Below are positions 18,655 through 29,033 of a stretch of DNA of 64,000 nucleotides, one piece after another. The DNA is taken from positions 8,472 to 72,471 of IMG/VR virus record IMGVR_UViG_3300026088_000015; one strand, written 5' to 3'. A model generated the notes under the pieces. It was given only the letters and a program-made list of their open reading frames with translations, searched no databases and was not told the DNA's origin. The first letter of the stretch is position 1; every line of letters starts with the position of its first letter. This stretch comes from a virus (taxonomy: Duplodnaviria; Caudoviricetes). A program made the translations under genes and the position numbers.

Positions 18655-19109
18655 GAATAAACGCTGAAATACTCGCTTACATCCTTGACATAAAAAAGGA
18701 AGATGCTAATAAGAAAATAGTATGTTACAAAGAACGACTCGCTGGTAATGATGAGCTGGAGTTAGATCCTAATCTTATCGGCAAGAAGGCAGATAAAAAG
18801 TACACAGACAATGAATATTGTGATGTTCCTGGTCTTTCTAAATACTTAAATATGGACTTGGCTTTTGCTATGAAAAACATTCATGATACTTTCATGACTT
18901 CTCCTACAACCAAAGGGTTTATTTTGAACTATCCTTCAAGTAAATTAAAGCCCAACGCTAAGACTGGTAGAATGCCTGGAAAGATTTCTATTCCTAAAGT
19001 TCTCAGACAATTATTGTCGCAGGAAGACAAAGAGCTTATTGTCCGTTTGTGGCAAGATAAATACAAAACATACACAGCTTCTAATCACGTTAAATTCTGT
19101 ATATCATGA
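18651..19109 (+). CDS. Hypothetical protein
   Basis: ATGA-coupled. Confidence 0.6.
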   Translation: MRINAEILAYILDIKKEDANKKIVCYKERLAGNDELELDPNLIGKKADKKYTDNEYCDVPGLSKYLNMDLAFAMKNIHDTFMTSPTTKGFILNYPSSKLKPNAKTGRMPGKISIPKVLRQLLSQEDKELIVRLWQDKYKTYTASNHVKFCIS

Positions 19110-19429
19110 ATAATAATATAAGAAATTGCAAGAGAAGGCTTGGATTAGTAATTGGAGCATTAGATGCTCAGAATTATGGCATATCTAAGAATGAGGCCTT
19201 GGAATGTCAAGGAGATTTATCCTATATCGAAGATGAGATGGATGAAATGGAGACGGAGATTGACAATTTGAAATCTACTGTAGAGGAATTCGAAAGAGAA
19301 CCAGTGGAATTAGGCCCCTTCACTGAACAACACTTTGAAGCAATGAATGACATGCGCAAAGCAGAGCTTCTTGCTGAGAACTGGGGTAAGTTCACCCTAG
19401 AAGATGTAGAGAAGATGCTTGGTATTTAA
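19106..19429 (+). CDS. Hypothetical protein
   Basis: ATGA-coupled. Confidence 0.6.
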   Translation: MNNNIRNCKRRLGLVIGALDAQNYGISKNEALECQGDLSYIEDEMDEMETEIDNLKSTVEEFEREPVELGPFTEQHFEAMNDMRKAELLAENWGKFTLEDVEKMLGI

Positions 19430-19449
19430 ACCTACAGGAGTGTTAAGAT

Positions 19450-19671
19450 ATGAAACTAAGCGAAGAGTATTTTCAGAAAAACATTGTAGATAAAAATGAT
19501 TATTCATTTGATCTAATTAAAACCTACGGCCTCATCAGAGAGATAGAGGGAAAGAGAGAACTGGCTTTTAATACCTTAAATGACCAATGTGATGATCCGG
19601 AATACTGGGAATCATTAGTACTTGAATATGACACCGAACTCACCACCATAAGAAAGAAAGCAGGATTATAA
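19450..19671 (+). CDS. Hypothetical protein
   Basis: ORF in operon. Confidence 0.55.
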   Translation: MKLSEEYFQKNIVDKNDYSFDLIKTYGLIREIEGKRELAFNTLNDQCDDPEYWESLVLEYDTELTTIRKKAGL

Positions 19672-19982
19672 TGGGAGAAATATTACCAGACGGTTCAATA
19701 CAGGGATATGTAGGATACTGTGATGTTTGTAAGCAATCATGTGAAATGAATATTCAAGGGAATATATTAAAGCATAATTGTTCTAAAAGATTTAATGTTA
19801 TCGTTAAGAGGGGAAAATATTTGTCTGGCCGCAGTTATGCTACAGGCATAGGAGAGTCTTACCAATGGTCAAAAAATATTGAAGACGCAATTCATTATAA
19901 CTGCTTAAGTGACAATACGACTTCTAACGGAATTCACCTAGCAAGTATAATTAATGGTAAATTAAAAACTATACAATTATGA
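19671..19982 (+). CDS. Hypothetical protein with CxxC
   Basis: Coupled ORF. Confidence 0.55.
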   Translation: MGEILPDGSIQGYVGYCDVCKQSCEMNIQGNILKHNCSKRFNVIVKRGKYLSGRSYATGIGESYQWSKNIEDAIHYNCLSDNTTSNGIHLASIINGKLKTIQL

Positions 19983-20389
19983 CCATCCACCCCGAAAGCC
20001 CAGACTATAGTAGTGTGCCGCCTATTGCATATAATCCTAAAGATATAAATGATCTCAAGGAGATGGTAAGGTATCTTTCAGAATTAAAAGTTCCAACGAT
20101 GAGCATATTGTCATCTTCATTTACTGATGAATACGGGAAAAACAGGTTCTTATTGTTTAAAGCTCCCTTCGCTACTATTCATAAGGAGTGGGAGGAAGGG
20201 AAAGCAAAAGAAATATCAGGACTAGTAATTTCAGATAATCCAAAAGCTGATTTTGTAGGGAAGCCCACTCTACTAGTACCTACACAGGAAGAGATATACA
20301 ACCACTGTCAGATATATTTTGGATCAGAAAATAATTCATTCGCTGCATGTAAATGGATGCGTGACGAAATAATTAAACGAAATAAGTAA
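19979..20389 (+). CDS. Hypothetical protein
   Basis: Coupled ORF. Confidence 0.55.
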   Translation: MTIHPESPDYSSVPPIAYNPKDINDLKEMVRYLSELKVPTMSILSSSFTDEYGKNRFLLFKAPFATIHKEWEEGKAKEISGLVISDNPKADFVGKPTLLVPTQEEIYNHCQIYFGSENNSFAACKWMRDEIIKRNK

Positions 20390-20396
20390 AGAAGAT

Positions 20397-20690
20397 ATGG
20401 AAAATTTAAAAGAAGGACAATCACTAGTAAATAAACTATCAGGTCTTGTTGCGACAGTTGTATCAATTAATATTGATTCAGATACACTAGAAGTTAGATT
20501 GTCTAGTGGTAAAATAACAGAATATGATTTGAGTACTTCATGTCTATTATGGGTTACGTGTGACTCTTACGACCGCCTGAGGGCAGCGTTTGAGAATCTA
20601 CTCGGATGTTATACAGAAAACGATGATCTTAAATTTGAACACAGAAATAGAGCAGGCCTATTACCTGATAAGGGAGAGCAGGAAGGATGA
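20397..20690 (+). CDS. Hypothetical protein
   Basis: ORF in operon. Confidence 0.55.
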   Translation: MENLKEGQSLVNKLSGLVATVVSINIDSDTLEVRLSSGKITEYDLSTSCLLWVTCDSYDRLRAAFENLLGCYTENDDLKFEHRNRAGLLPDKGEQEG

Positions 20691-20884
20691 GAAAAATAGC
20701 AATATATACAAAGGTGCTACAGGAAAAGCCGGGTAAATATGGAGGCAAAATACGCAGGCTCAACCCTTGGAATCCATTAAGCTATATTCTTATAATAATG
20801 ACCTTCTTAGTTGGATTTGTATTATATGGTTTTGTAGGAATTTGGAAAGAATTAGATTTTAGAAATCCATTTAAATATTCATAA
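20687..20884 (+). CDS. Small membrane protein
   Basis: RRLNPWNPLSY followed by a TM helix. Confidence 0.6.
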   Translation: MRKIAIYTKVLQEKPGKYGGKIRRLNPWNPLSYILIIMTFLVGFVLYGFVGIWKELDFRNPFKYS

Positions 20885-21002
20885 CCATGCCAGAAGAAAA
20901 CAACACACCGAAGAGTATTTGTAAGAAATGTGGTAAAGTTCATAATACTGTATATGCTATAATATTTAATAAATGTCCTTTTGAAATAAAAACAACTGGC
21001 TT

Positions 21003-21485
21003 ATGAAAGAGTGGATAAAAGCAAGTAAGGGGTTTCCTATAGAAGGACAGCCAGAGAGTTTGATTGGAATGCATTGCAGATGGGCTAGAACTGAACAACC
21101 ATTTCAATTCTTAAGCCTTGGTGCGTATGGTAATTTTAGATATTGTATGGACGGTCAATGTAAAAGTCAATATGTGAACGATTGTATTGATAACATCGAA
21201 TGGCTCAAGGAAACCCAAGAAGAACCTAAGACCAATAACGACAGCAAGGTAATGAGTCCTAAAGAATGGTATATAAATAAGTATCCAGGAATAGATCTAA
21301 TATCTGATGCTGATTATGAAGATATGAGAGCTTACGCTTCCTACGTATTGCAGCACTCAGCGAGTAGGCCGGAGATAAAGCTGCCGGAAATAAAAAATGA
21401 AACTATTATACAATACAGAGAACAATTTATAGGCTGGAATAATTGCATAGAAGAAATTAAACAACTTAACGGCATCACAGAATGA
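21003..21485 (+). CDS. Hypothetical protein
   Basis: ORF in operon, ends in GWNNCIEEI. Confidence 0.55.
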   Translation: MKEWIKASKGFPIEGQPESLIGMHCRWARTEQPFQFLSLGAYGNFRYCMDGQCKSQYVNDCIDNIEWLKETQEEPKTNNDSKVMSPKEWYINKYPGIDLISDADYEDMRAYASYVLQHSASRPEIKLPEIKNETIIQYREQFIGWNNCIEEIKQLNGITE

Positions 21486-21751
21486 AAGACGAAGAAATAA
21501 TACAAAAACTTAAAGATAAAAGTCAGGACTATAACGAGTTTAATGTGCTTATTGATACTGATGAAGCTATTAGCATTGTTAAACAATGTGCCCGACAGGA
21601 AGCTATAGGGTTTGCTGAGTGGCTTGGCAATAATTATTCTCCAACAAATGTTGTATATGTATGGAAAAAAGATGGAGGAGGATTTACTACAAAAGAGCTT
21701 TACGACCAATACCTTTTACACCTTGAACAACTTAAACAAGAGAAGAAATGA
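21482..21751 (+). CDS. Hypothetical protein
   Basis: AIGFAEW...TTKELYDQY. Confidence 0.55.
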   Translation: MKDEEIIQKLKDKSQDYNEFNVLIDTDEAISIVKQCARQEAIGFAEWLGNNYSPTNVVYVWKKDGGGFTTKELYDQYLLHLEQLKQEKK

Positions 21752-21924
21752 AAATAACATTTAGCATTAACCTGCATAGCTCAGACGGAGAAGTTCAAAA
21801 TGAAGGAATATTTCTGCACATAGAAGATCGTTTAATATTAGGTTTAAAGTCTTTTGAAGAGCTTAAAGAAATGATAAAATCACTAGAGAAGGTTAGAGAC
21901 GAAATATCAGATGTATACCAATAA
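21748..21924 (+). CDS. Hypothetical protein (58 aa, not in ORF track)
   Basis: Own translation MKITFSINLHSSDGEV...; ATGA-coupled. Confidence 0.5.
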   Translation: MKITFSINLHSSDGEVQNEGIFLHIEDRLILGLKSFEELKEMIKSLEKVRDEISDVYQ

Positions 21925-21996
21925 AATCAACCCTCCCAGAGGATAAATAGATAACAAAACAGTTCATTATTAACGGTAAAAAATGTAAATTTAAGT

Positions 21997-22560
21997 ATGG
22001 GGATAGGCATAAAAGGATTTACAAAAGGACATCGACATAGTGAACAAACAAAGAAGAAAATTGGAGATAAGCATAGGCGTTCAATTCTATTTGATTGTGA
22101 TTATTGTAGGAAACAATCATTAACTAAGCCATCACATTATAATAAAAAGAAGAGGCATTTCTGTTCAATGAAATGTTATGCTTTATATAGAAAGCACATA
22201 TTGCCAATGCAGGAACAGCCTTCTTATAAGGGGGTAAGAAAAAACGGGGAAAGCCGGCAAATATACCATCGTAATTATTGCAAGAAAAACCCAGAAAATA
22301 TAGCTCATTTAAAAGCTAGAAGATATGCCAGGGAAAGAAATGCGCCTGGCTCTCACTCATTAAAAGAATGGAATGACATAAAATTAAAATTTCAACATAA
22401 ATGTGCGATATGTGGCGAAGTAAAAAAGTTAACAAAAGATCATATAGTTCCCTTATCAAAGGGTGGCTCAGATTATATAGATAATATCCAGCCCCTATGC
22501 AAGGGCTGTAATAGTAAAAAACATAACAAATTAATATTCACGATAACCCCGAACTATTAA
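21997..22560 (+). CDS. HNH homing endonuclease with NUMOD3-like N-terminus
   Basis: GHRHSEQTKKKIG; CAICG...TKDHIVPLSKGGSDYIDNIQPLCKGCNSKK. Confidence 0.9.
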   Translation: MGIGIKGFTKGHRHSEQTKKKIGDKHRRSILFDCDYCRKQSLTKPSHYNKKKRHFCSMKCYALYRKHILPMQEQPSYKGVRKNGESRQIYHRNYCKKNPENIAHLKARRYARERNAPGSHSLKEWNDIKLKFQHKCAICGEVKKLTKDHIVPLSKGGSDYIDNIQPLCKGCNSKKHNKLIFTITPNY

Positions 22561-22804
22561 ACAGTCCTTCCTCATAGTAGGGAGACAACAAAATTATAGG
22601 TTGGGATCAACATACATGAGTATCTGAGCCGGAACTTTAAAGCCGTTGCATATAAATTGACTTACTCCTATCTGTTTTGTGGGTCAATTTGGATAAAGCT
22701 AGGTCACGTAATAATCGAAGGCAATGCACGGAAGGCTAATTATTAATTTCACACTCCCTTCTTAGGTGGGGGAGATAAACAGAGAAAAGTAAACTAAAAC
22801 AACT

Positions 22805-23149
22805 ATGAAAATCACAAAAAGACTTATCGATGCTATTGTTAATATAGCTCAAGAAAAAAATAGAAAGCAAGAAAAAGAAGAGATTGAATCATTGAAAAGA
22901 AATAAGTCTTTGATAAAAAAGGCTGCCGAGTACAAGTCATATCTCCATAAAATACCCGTAGAGGTTCGTAAAAAAATGTACTATAATGAAAAAGATTTTC
23001 TTGATGTGCTGGTTGACATGCAACCAAAAAAAACTCCATTTTTTAATAGATGGGTTACTGAAAATACAATAATAGTTGAAGCTGAGCAAAGTAAAAACCT
23101 TGATGAATTATTCAAAAGACTTAAACTAGACATGCCGAAAGGCTTTTAA
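22805..23149 (+). CDS. Hypothetical protein
   Basis: ORF track. Confidence 0.55.
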   Translation: MKITKRLIDAIVNIAQEKNRKQEKEEIESLKRNKSLIKKAAEYKSYLHKIPVEVRKKMYYNEKDFLDVLVDMQPKKTPFFNRWVTENTIIVEAEQSKNLDELFKRLKLDMPKGF

Positions 23150-23195
23150 CCTCTCTTCCCCTGAGTAAGTAAGGAACGAAACAAAAGATAAAGAT

Positions 23196-23867
23196 ATGAG
23201 CAAAGACGCATTAATTAGAAATAAATGGATGTCCTTCTATACTGGATTCCATAAAATAGCAATCAAAATAAGTCTAGCATCTTACTTTGATACTAGGGCA
23301 ATGATAGTACTATCACTCGGATGGGGACAATTGTTCTTACATCTCCCAATAAGATCAAAGATTGATGATGCAGAATATCCGGTATGGGGATTCTATTTCT
23401 ATGGTGAAACCAAATGGTGGTTTGATACTTTCTGGGTGTGCCTTGGAAGGAAAATAAAATGCTTTCACATGCCTTGGCAATGGGATTGGGTCAGAACCAG
23501 TAATCTTAGAAAAGATGGAAATTGGGAGCATGAGACAAAGAAAGATAGAAAGTCTTTTTATGAAAAAAAATGGGATGATATAATTCACTATGAAGAGCAT
23601 CCTTTTGTATATACGCTTAAAAGTGGAGAGGTTCAAAATAGAACCGCAAGAATAAAAACAGAAGAAAGAGAATGGAAATGGAGAGGTTTTAGATGGCTTA
23701 AATATCCTTCTATGATTAGGCAGACGATAGCAATTGAGTTCAGTGATGAAGTAGGTGAAGAAACTGGATCATGGAAAGGCGGCACTTTGGGCTGTTCTTA
23801 TGATTTATTGAAAGGAGAAACTCCGCTGCAAGCTTTAAGAAGGATGGAATTAAACAGAAATTTCTAA
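23196..23867 (+). CDS. Conserved Trp-rich phage hypothetical protein
   Basis: EVGEETGSWKGGTLGCSY.L..GETPLQALRRME. Confidence 0.65.
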   Translation: MSKDALIRNKWMSFYTGFHKIAIKISLASYFDTRAMIVLSLGWGQLFLHLPIRSKIDDAEYPVWGFYFYGETKWWFDTFWVCLGRKIKCFHMPWQWDWVRTSNLRKDGNWEHETKKDRKSFYEKKWDDIIHYEEHPFVYTLKSGEVQNRTARIKTEEREWKWRGFRWLKYPSMIRQTIAIEFSDEVGEETGSWKGGTLGCSYDLLKGETPLQALRRMELNRNF

Positions 23868-24262
23868 TGATCCAATGTACCTGCGGCCGATACAATAAGA
23901 GCAACAAAGAGGAATGTCTTTGTGGGAAGGCCGCTGTGGCTGTACCACATAAGGATTTAAAGAAGCTTCGCAAGTCTACAGTTAATAAGGTAAGCGAGAA
24001 GCGACAGACCTTGAACGAGCTTTATTCTATTGTGAGGCAGGTGTATTTGAACCTGGTTCCGGTGTGCGAGGCAAAGGGTTGCAATAGGCTGGCTACTACA
24101 ATACACCACAAGAAAGGAAGATTGGGCAATAACGGCACCATACCGCTTTTGATCGACATGCAGAACTTCATGAGTTGCTGTATAGAGTGTCATCAAAACA
24201 TCGAAAACTCGCCTGAGTGGGCGATTGAACAGGGATATTCAATTAAAAGGACAAACTTATGA
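23867..24262 (+). CDS. HNH-like nuclease (NinG-like position)
   Basis: CEAKGC...TTIHHKKGR...FMSCCIECHQNIE. Confidence 0.7.
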   Translation: MIQCTCGRYNKSNKEECLCGKAAVAVPHKDLKKLRKSTVNKVSEKRQTLNELYSIVRQVYLNLVPVCEAKGCNRLATTIHHKKGRLGNNGTIPLLIDMQNFMSCCIECHQNIENSPEWAIEQGYSIKRTNL

Positions 24263-24546
24263 AAAATGAAGAAATTAAAGTGGGCCAAAGATTATACCAT
24301 ATAATTTTTGGATGGTGCGAGGTAACTCATCCAGTAAATGGAGAAGGGAAAACTCTCATTAATCTTGACGCAAAGGAGATTTCTTACTATAAAATGGGAG
24401 AAGGATACGTATCATATAAAAAGGACCCACAAGGTCAAAATATTGTATATACTCCAATTGTGGATTTAGTTAAAGATGAAAAAGTGCTATTGTCAAAAGA
24501 CCAGATGTTAAAGAGGGCAGCAATGAATTGCACTATTACTTATTAA
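24259..24546 (+). CDS. Hypothetical protein
   Basis: Coupled ORF. Confidence 0.55.
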   Translation: MKNEEIKVGQRLYHIIFGWCEVTHPVNGEGKTLINLDAKEISYYKMGEGYVSYKKDPQGQNIVYTPIVDLVKDEKVLLSKDQMLKRAAMNCTITY

Positions 24547-24577
24547 TTTTAACAACCAGTAACTAAAACAGACAAGG

Positions 24578-24796
24578 ATGAAAAACTATTTAAATTTATT
24601 AAACTCAATATCAAAAGGAATGCTAGTATTCTCAATATTAACAGCAATGGGCTACTTAGTATTCTCATTTAACTATCTTTCATTTAATCCTCATAACTGG
24701 ACTTTTCAGGCTCGGACTGTATTTGCTGGCTGCGATATAGGAGCTATTTTAATAGGTACTATTGTAGGCTTCTGTACACATAATGATGTTAAATAA
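24578..24796 (+). CDS. Small two-TM protein
   Basis: Hydrophobic segments. Confidence 0.55.
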   Translation: MKNYLNLLNSISKGMLVFSILTAMGYLVFSFNYLSFNPHNWTFQARTVFAGCDIGAILIGTIVGFCTHNDVK

Positions 24797-24822
24797 TTTT
24801 TAACAATAAGGAGAGACAGACA

Positions 24823-25167
24823 ATGAAAGAGTATCCAAAAGCAATAAAAGACCTTGAAAAGTTACTTAGTGATTTAAAAAGGGATCATGACCTCTATGAA
24901 GAAAGGAAAGATAATCCTGATTTTGACGAATGGAGGGAGGCCAGAAATAGGCTTACATTCCAAGAGGGTAAAAAGCTTTGGTTAGAAGTAGAGGTAAAAG
25001 ACAGGGAATCTTTTGAGGCACTTTATTATATGCTTTATAACAAAGATGAAAATCAAGTAAGAGTATGTCCATTGGGATGTCAACTTGAAGTTATTCATTT
25101 TATTGCGCCAGGAGCTGATGAACTAAAACAAAAAATGAATACTCTCATAAATTCATATAATCAATAA
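24823..25167 (+). CDS. Hypothetical protein
   Basis: ORF track. Confidence 0.55.
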   Translation: MKEYPKAIKDLEKLLSDLKRDHDLYEERKDNPDFDEWREARNRLTFQEGKKLWLEVEVKDRESFEALYYMLYNKDENQVRVCPLGCQLEVIHFIAPGADELKQKMNTLINSYNQ

Positions 25168-25444
25168 TTTATGACCAAATCCGACCTACAGAAGCAATGG
25201 TTTTTTATTGCAAGCTTTGGGAGTTGAGCATAAAGGAAAAGAAACCAAGAAAAAAGAAATAAAACTACCTGCTGAATACAAACAGTACAATATTGGACGT
25301 GAGTGCCTGAGTATAATCCTGCTAAGAGGGTGATGTTTGGGGTAAGATACTCAGTAATGGATTCGTCCCGAGGGTATTCCACTTAGAAATGGACGGGTAG
25401 TTTTTATTAAAATAGTTTTGACCACGTAAACAGAGGATAAAGAA

Positions 25445-25765
25445 ATGATACAAAAAGATGCAAGTTGGCCTATGTATGCCACCAGTATTAATCCAGCCCC
25501 TGGTATGGAAGGAACTATAAAATTAGGAACAGAACTTACAGGTGTTGTCATAACTGGTCCATCGTTAATGTTTCAAAATCCACCGGAAGCGCTGCCCTTC
25601 CGTCCTGAGATACCAGTATATAGGGTGGTGCTGGCAGACGCTCATGAAATATTTAAGATAATACTTAGAATTGGGGCTCCCGATCGTAGTTTTGAAACTA
25701 AGAGAGGCGCTACATGGTATTGCTATGAAATTTCAGCCTCAGAAAGGAAGAGTAAAAGACAATAA
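25445..25765 (+). CDS. Hypothetical protein
   Basis: ORF track. Confidence 0.5.
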   Translation: MIQKDASWPMYATSINPAPGMEGTIKLGTELTGVVITGPSLMFQNPPEALPFRPEIPVYRVVLADAHEIFKIILRIGAPDRSFETKRGATWYCYEISASERKSKRQ

Positions 25766-25834
25766 AACCTGCAATAATTGACATTACCAATTCTTTTATC
25801 TATTTTTGAATGGTTATTAAATAATTATTGACAA

Positions 25835-26041
25835 ATGGCTAAAAAAAAGGCTCAGAAGCCAAAAAGAACATATATTTGCAAAGAAGGGTACTTGAAAAAG
25901 GCTCAAAGCATATTGAAATCTAAGGGATTGGACTACTCTTTACCTCACATTAGCAATACTGCTAGGAGATACCAATCAAATCCAGTTATCCTGGAGGCTA
26001 TTTTAGAGGCTAGGACATCACTTGGACTCTCGGTAGACTAA
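25835..26041 (+). CDS. Small basic protein, possibly DNA-binding
   Basis: K-rich; last gene of the + strand block. Confidence 0.5.
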   Translation: MAKKKAQKPKRTYICKEGYLKKAQSILKSKGLDYSLPHISNTARRYQSNPVILEAILEARTSLGLSVD

Positions 26042-26135
26042 CGTTCTATTTGTATTCCGCGATGCCTGTAATAGTCTCTTTCGTAGTGAGGGGTGCATGA
26101 GCAAATTACAAATATGAAAAAGATCACTACTATCT

Positions 26136-26744
26136 TCATCTTTTGATCAAAATAAAACGATTAGAAGAAATTCTAGTATTGGGATTCTTGCTTATTATCT
26201 CTGACTTATACGATACTTTTCCCATTTTAATTCCCAATATCCTGGCCCTTTCTTTATAGACAATTTGATCCAAGCTATCGGCATAAATTATGGAACCTGA
26301 AAATATATCCTTTCTTATTATGCCAGTGACATTTATATACTTGTCAGAGTATCTTATAAGACTTATAGTATCAGAATTGTTAATGGTAGTGTCTTTGATT
26401 TTGATGTTTATCTTGGTGCTATTTTCCATTGTAGTAGTATTTAATGCTAGTGTGTTTTTAGGCTTCACTCCCAGTCTCTGCGTCAATTCATATATTTGAG
26501 AACTGTGATCATCGGCTATGTTTTTAAATGCTGCCATGGACATTATATTGGCCTCAGATTGAATATGCCACATTGAATCTTTATCGCGATAAATCTTATC
26601 TGTTTTTTCTGAAGCATTTTTATAGTAACCGGAAATATCCTTCTCTCCCTCCAATTTATGAGTCAGATGCTGGATATAAAAGAGAGATACAAGGCTAAAA
26701 ATAGCCACCCCTCCAATCAAGTACCATTTAAGATTGCTTATCAT
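26136..26744 (-). CDS. Probable spanin (Rz-like)
   Basis: N-terminal TM plus periplasmic domain; last gene of the lysis cassette. Confidence 0.55.
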   Translation of the reverse strand: MISNLKWYLIGGVAIFSLVSLFYIQHLTHKLEGEKDISGYYKNASEKTDKIYRDKDSMWHIQSEANIMSMAAFKNIADDHSSQIYELTQRLGVKPKNTLALNTTTMENSTKINIKIKDTTINNSDTISLIRYSDKYINVTGIIRKDIFSGSIIYADSLDQIVYKERARILGIKMGKVSYKSEIISKNPNTRISSNRFILIKR

Positions 26745-26955
26745 CCGATATCGTTTTTACAGTAAACTTTCCAATAAGCATCATAAGTCCTAGTATGACA
26801 CTGAGCTTTTGTTTTAATTCTAAAGGGACTACGCTTGCGGGAATTACTTCTAAATATTGAAGTAATTCAGTCATAAGAATAATTGAAGGAGGAATGATCA
26901 TTAAGATCTTCCCAGCTATACTACTTTCGGTTTTCCATCTTTCTTGTAGTGTCAT
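26728..26955 (-). CDS. Probable holin
   Basis: 75 aa with two hydrophobic helices, next to the endolysin. Confidence 0.5.
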   Translation of the reverse strand: MTLQERWKTESSIAGKILMIIPPSIILMTELLQYLEVIPASVVPLELKQKLSVILGLMMLIGKFTVKTISDDKQS

Positions 26956-27464
26956 ATATTTGGGATTACAAATCCTATTAAGTTTAATTTATCAGGAGAA
27001 ACGGTATAGTCTACATGTCTTGATTTCTCCGCTACTTCAATCCCCTCTCTACCTCGCTGTCCATCAGTGTTGCCTTCGATTGACTTAAAGATGACAGGAT
27101 TCATTATTTCTGAAACTATTCCTACATGGCCCTCCCAAGATACGCCATGTCTCCAAATAGCGAGTGCTCCCAACACTGGGACTTTTGATACATTCCAAAC
27201 CGGATCTACATCAAATCTTTGATAGGTAGCAGTCGCAGATGAAGCAAATAGCGTATCTAATAAACCATATATTTTAGGATTATATTCTAAATAAGCTTCC
27301 TTCCATACGAGTTCTGCAAAATAACAGCACCAAGCTTGTGATTTTTGCCAGCCTACGGAAATCATCTTCTTTTCGAATGTGGAATCAAGGAAGCCAGAAT
27401 TGGCTGGTTTCTCATGTTGGCCAAGATACTTTTTAGCGATTTTTATTATCTCTTGATTTATCAT
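26952..27464 (-). CDS. CHAP-domain endolysin
   Basis: QAWCCYFAELVW (Cys), GHVGIV (His), SIEGNT. Confidence 0.9.
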   Translation of the reverse strand: MINQEIIKIAKKYLGQHEKPANSGFLDSTFEKKMISVGWQKSQAWCCYFAELVWKEAYLEYNPKIYGLLDTLFASSATATYQRFDVDPVWNVSKVPVLGALAIWRHGVSWEGHVGIVSEIMNPVIFKSIEGNTDGQRGREGIEVAEKSRHVDYTVSPDKLNLIGFVIPNI

Positions 27465-27676
27465 TTCTCTTTATGTCCAGTTATGCCAAGCCATTTAAAT
27501 AAGAGTCCAATAAGTACTGCTCCGATAGCACCGCCCATCCCTCCTACCAATGCCAATGAGAATGCTTCCATCCATTTGTCCTGAAAGTGATGCCATTGAT
27601 CTGCTATTGTAATAGCACCTCCTACTACAGCACCAGGGATGGCTAGTATTCTATTTTTTATTTCAATCAATACCAT
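27461..27676 (-). CDS. Holin/antiholin-like membrane protein
   Basis: Gly-rich TM helices upstream of the endolysin. Confidence 0.5.
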   Translation of the reverse strand: MVLIEIKNRILAIPGAVVGGAITIADQWHHFQDKWMEAFSLALVGGMGGAIGAVLIGLLFKWLGITGHKEK

Positions 27677-27740
27677 TTAATTTATCGCTTTTTTTCTGTA
27701 ACCTTATAAATGATCCTTCAATCAAACTTGATTTTATGAA

Positions 27741-29033
27741 TCACATAGTCAATAGTTGTGGATATATATATAAATTTACTAATACATCCCGGCCTGTTAC
27801 AGTTAAGTGTATTTTATCCCCTTGAAAATATGTTGTATTATTAGAGGCGCCATTTATCCCAATATTGATATCGTTAGTAAAGTCAGCAATTGCATCAGAG
27901 AATGACAAATGGTTGTTTATAATCAAATTATTAAATATCACCCTTTCAGACTCATATGTGGCTGCTGAAACTGTCAAATTCCCCGTTCTAGGTAACAACG
28001 TTACGCACATTGTTTTAAATCCGGCATTCCTTAGCGTCGTGTGATTTGTTACAACTTTTGTATAAAGAGTAGATCCAGTTTCAGTGCCGGTGGCAATATC
28101 ATTTGTTCCAACAAATATTATTACAATATCTTTTATTCTAGATGAGTCTCTTTTTGATAGTACATTATTGGCAATATCAGAAGTATTCAAAGCGACCCCT
28201 GATCCTCCGGTAGCAATAATTAAATTATTCCATGATGAATCTATCAGTTGTCTAAGCCTAACAGGATATCCATTGGTAGTTGGATCGCTGGAGGTATGAG
28301 AATCCCCCATTGTTATTACATTTTTAGGGAAACTAAATTTTGATGGAATTTTATATCTTGAATTAACATATACATTCCACTGGCTAATTTCATTGATATT
28401 TAATGCCCTATTGTATATTCTTAATTCAGCTATATTTGACCCTGATAAAAAAGAGGCTGTTGGGAAATTGGATATTCCATTCAAACTAAACACATCTGTA
28501 TTTAAGAAACTAGCCGCAGTTCCTACTTGTGCTGCACAAGTATATCCATTTTCATAAAAAACCGGAGTTCCTGTCGGGGCCCTTACACATACAATATGGG
28601 TGTAATCTAAAGAACGTATTCCTGTATAATATGAAGCTTGTTTACTATTGCATTCATAAGAAAATGGTTGATTTGTTTTGCCAAAATAATTACTATTCGC
28701 TATACCGGTTATAACATTTCCAATATCTAAAATATTATTATTTTTCCAAACCAAACATATTGTATGTGTATTTCCCAAAGACTGTATAGGTAAATCTAAC
28801 CTACTACTAGTACCGTTAAATATAACTACTGGCTGGGAATTTATAGCATTACTAGAAAAGACAGGCTGATTAGCAGGAGTTGATTGTGACGCCACCAATC
28901 CACCTATAGAATCTGTCCATGAGGCCACACCGCTCCCATTAAGAACTATACCACTATCGGCCCTAAATAAATAAGTGGTATTACTCGGAGGGATACTTGA
29001 TTCTGATGATATTAAAGAATGAAAATAACTCAT
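27741..29033 (-). CDS. Tail-associated LamG-like plus SGNH/GDSL esterase protein
   Basis: ITMGDSHT, IFVGTND, DKIHL blocks; N-terminal WTDSIGG..QST.ANQPVF concanavalin-like segment. Confidence 0.85.
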   Translation of the reverse strand: MSYFHSLISSESSIPPSNTTYLFRADSGIVLNGSGVASWTDSIGGLVASQSTPANQPVFSSNAINSQPVVIFNGTSSRLDLPIQSLGNTHTICLVWKNNNILDIGNVITGIANSNYFGKTNQPFSYECNSKQASYYTGIRSLDYTHIVCVRAPTGTPVFYENGYTCAAQVGTAASFLNTDVFSLNGISNFPTASFLSGSNIAELRIYNRALNINEISQWNVYVNSRYKIPSKFSFPKNVITMGDSHTSSDPTTNGYPVRLRQLIDSSWNNLIIATGGSGVALNTSDIANNVLSKRDSSRIKDIVIIFVGTNDIATGTETGSTLYTKVVTNHTTLRNAGFKTMCVTLLPRTGNLTVSAATYESERVIFNNLIINNHLSFSDAIADFTNDINIGINGASNNTTYFQGDKIHLTVTGRDVLVNLYIYPQLLTM

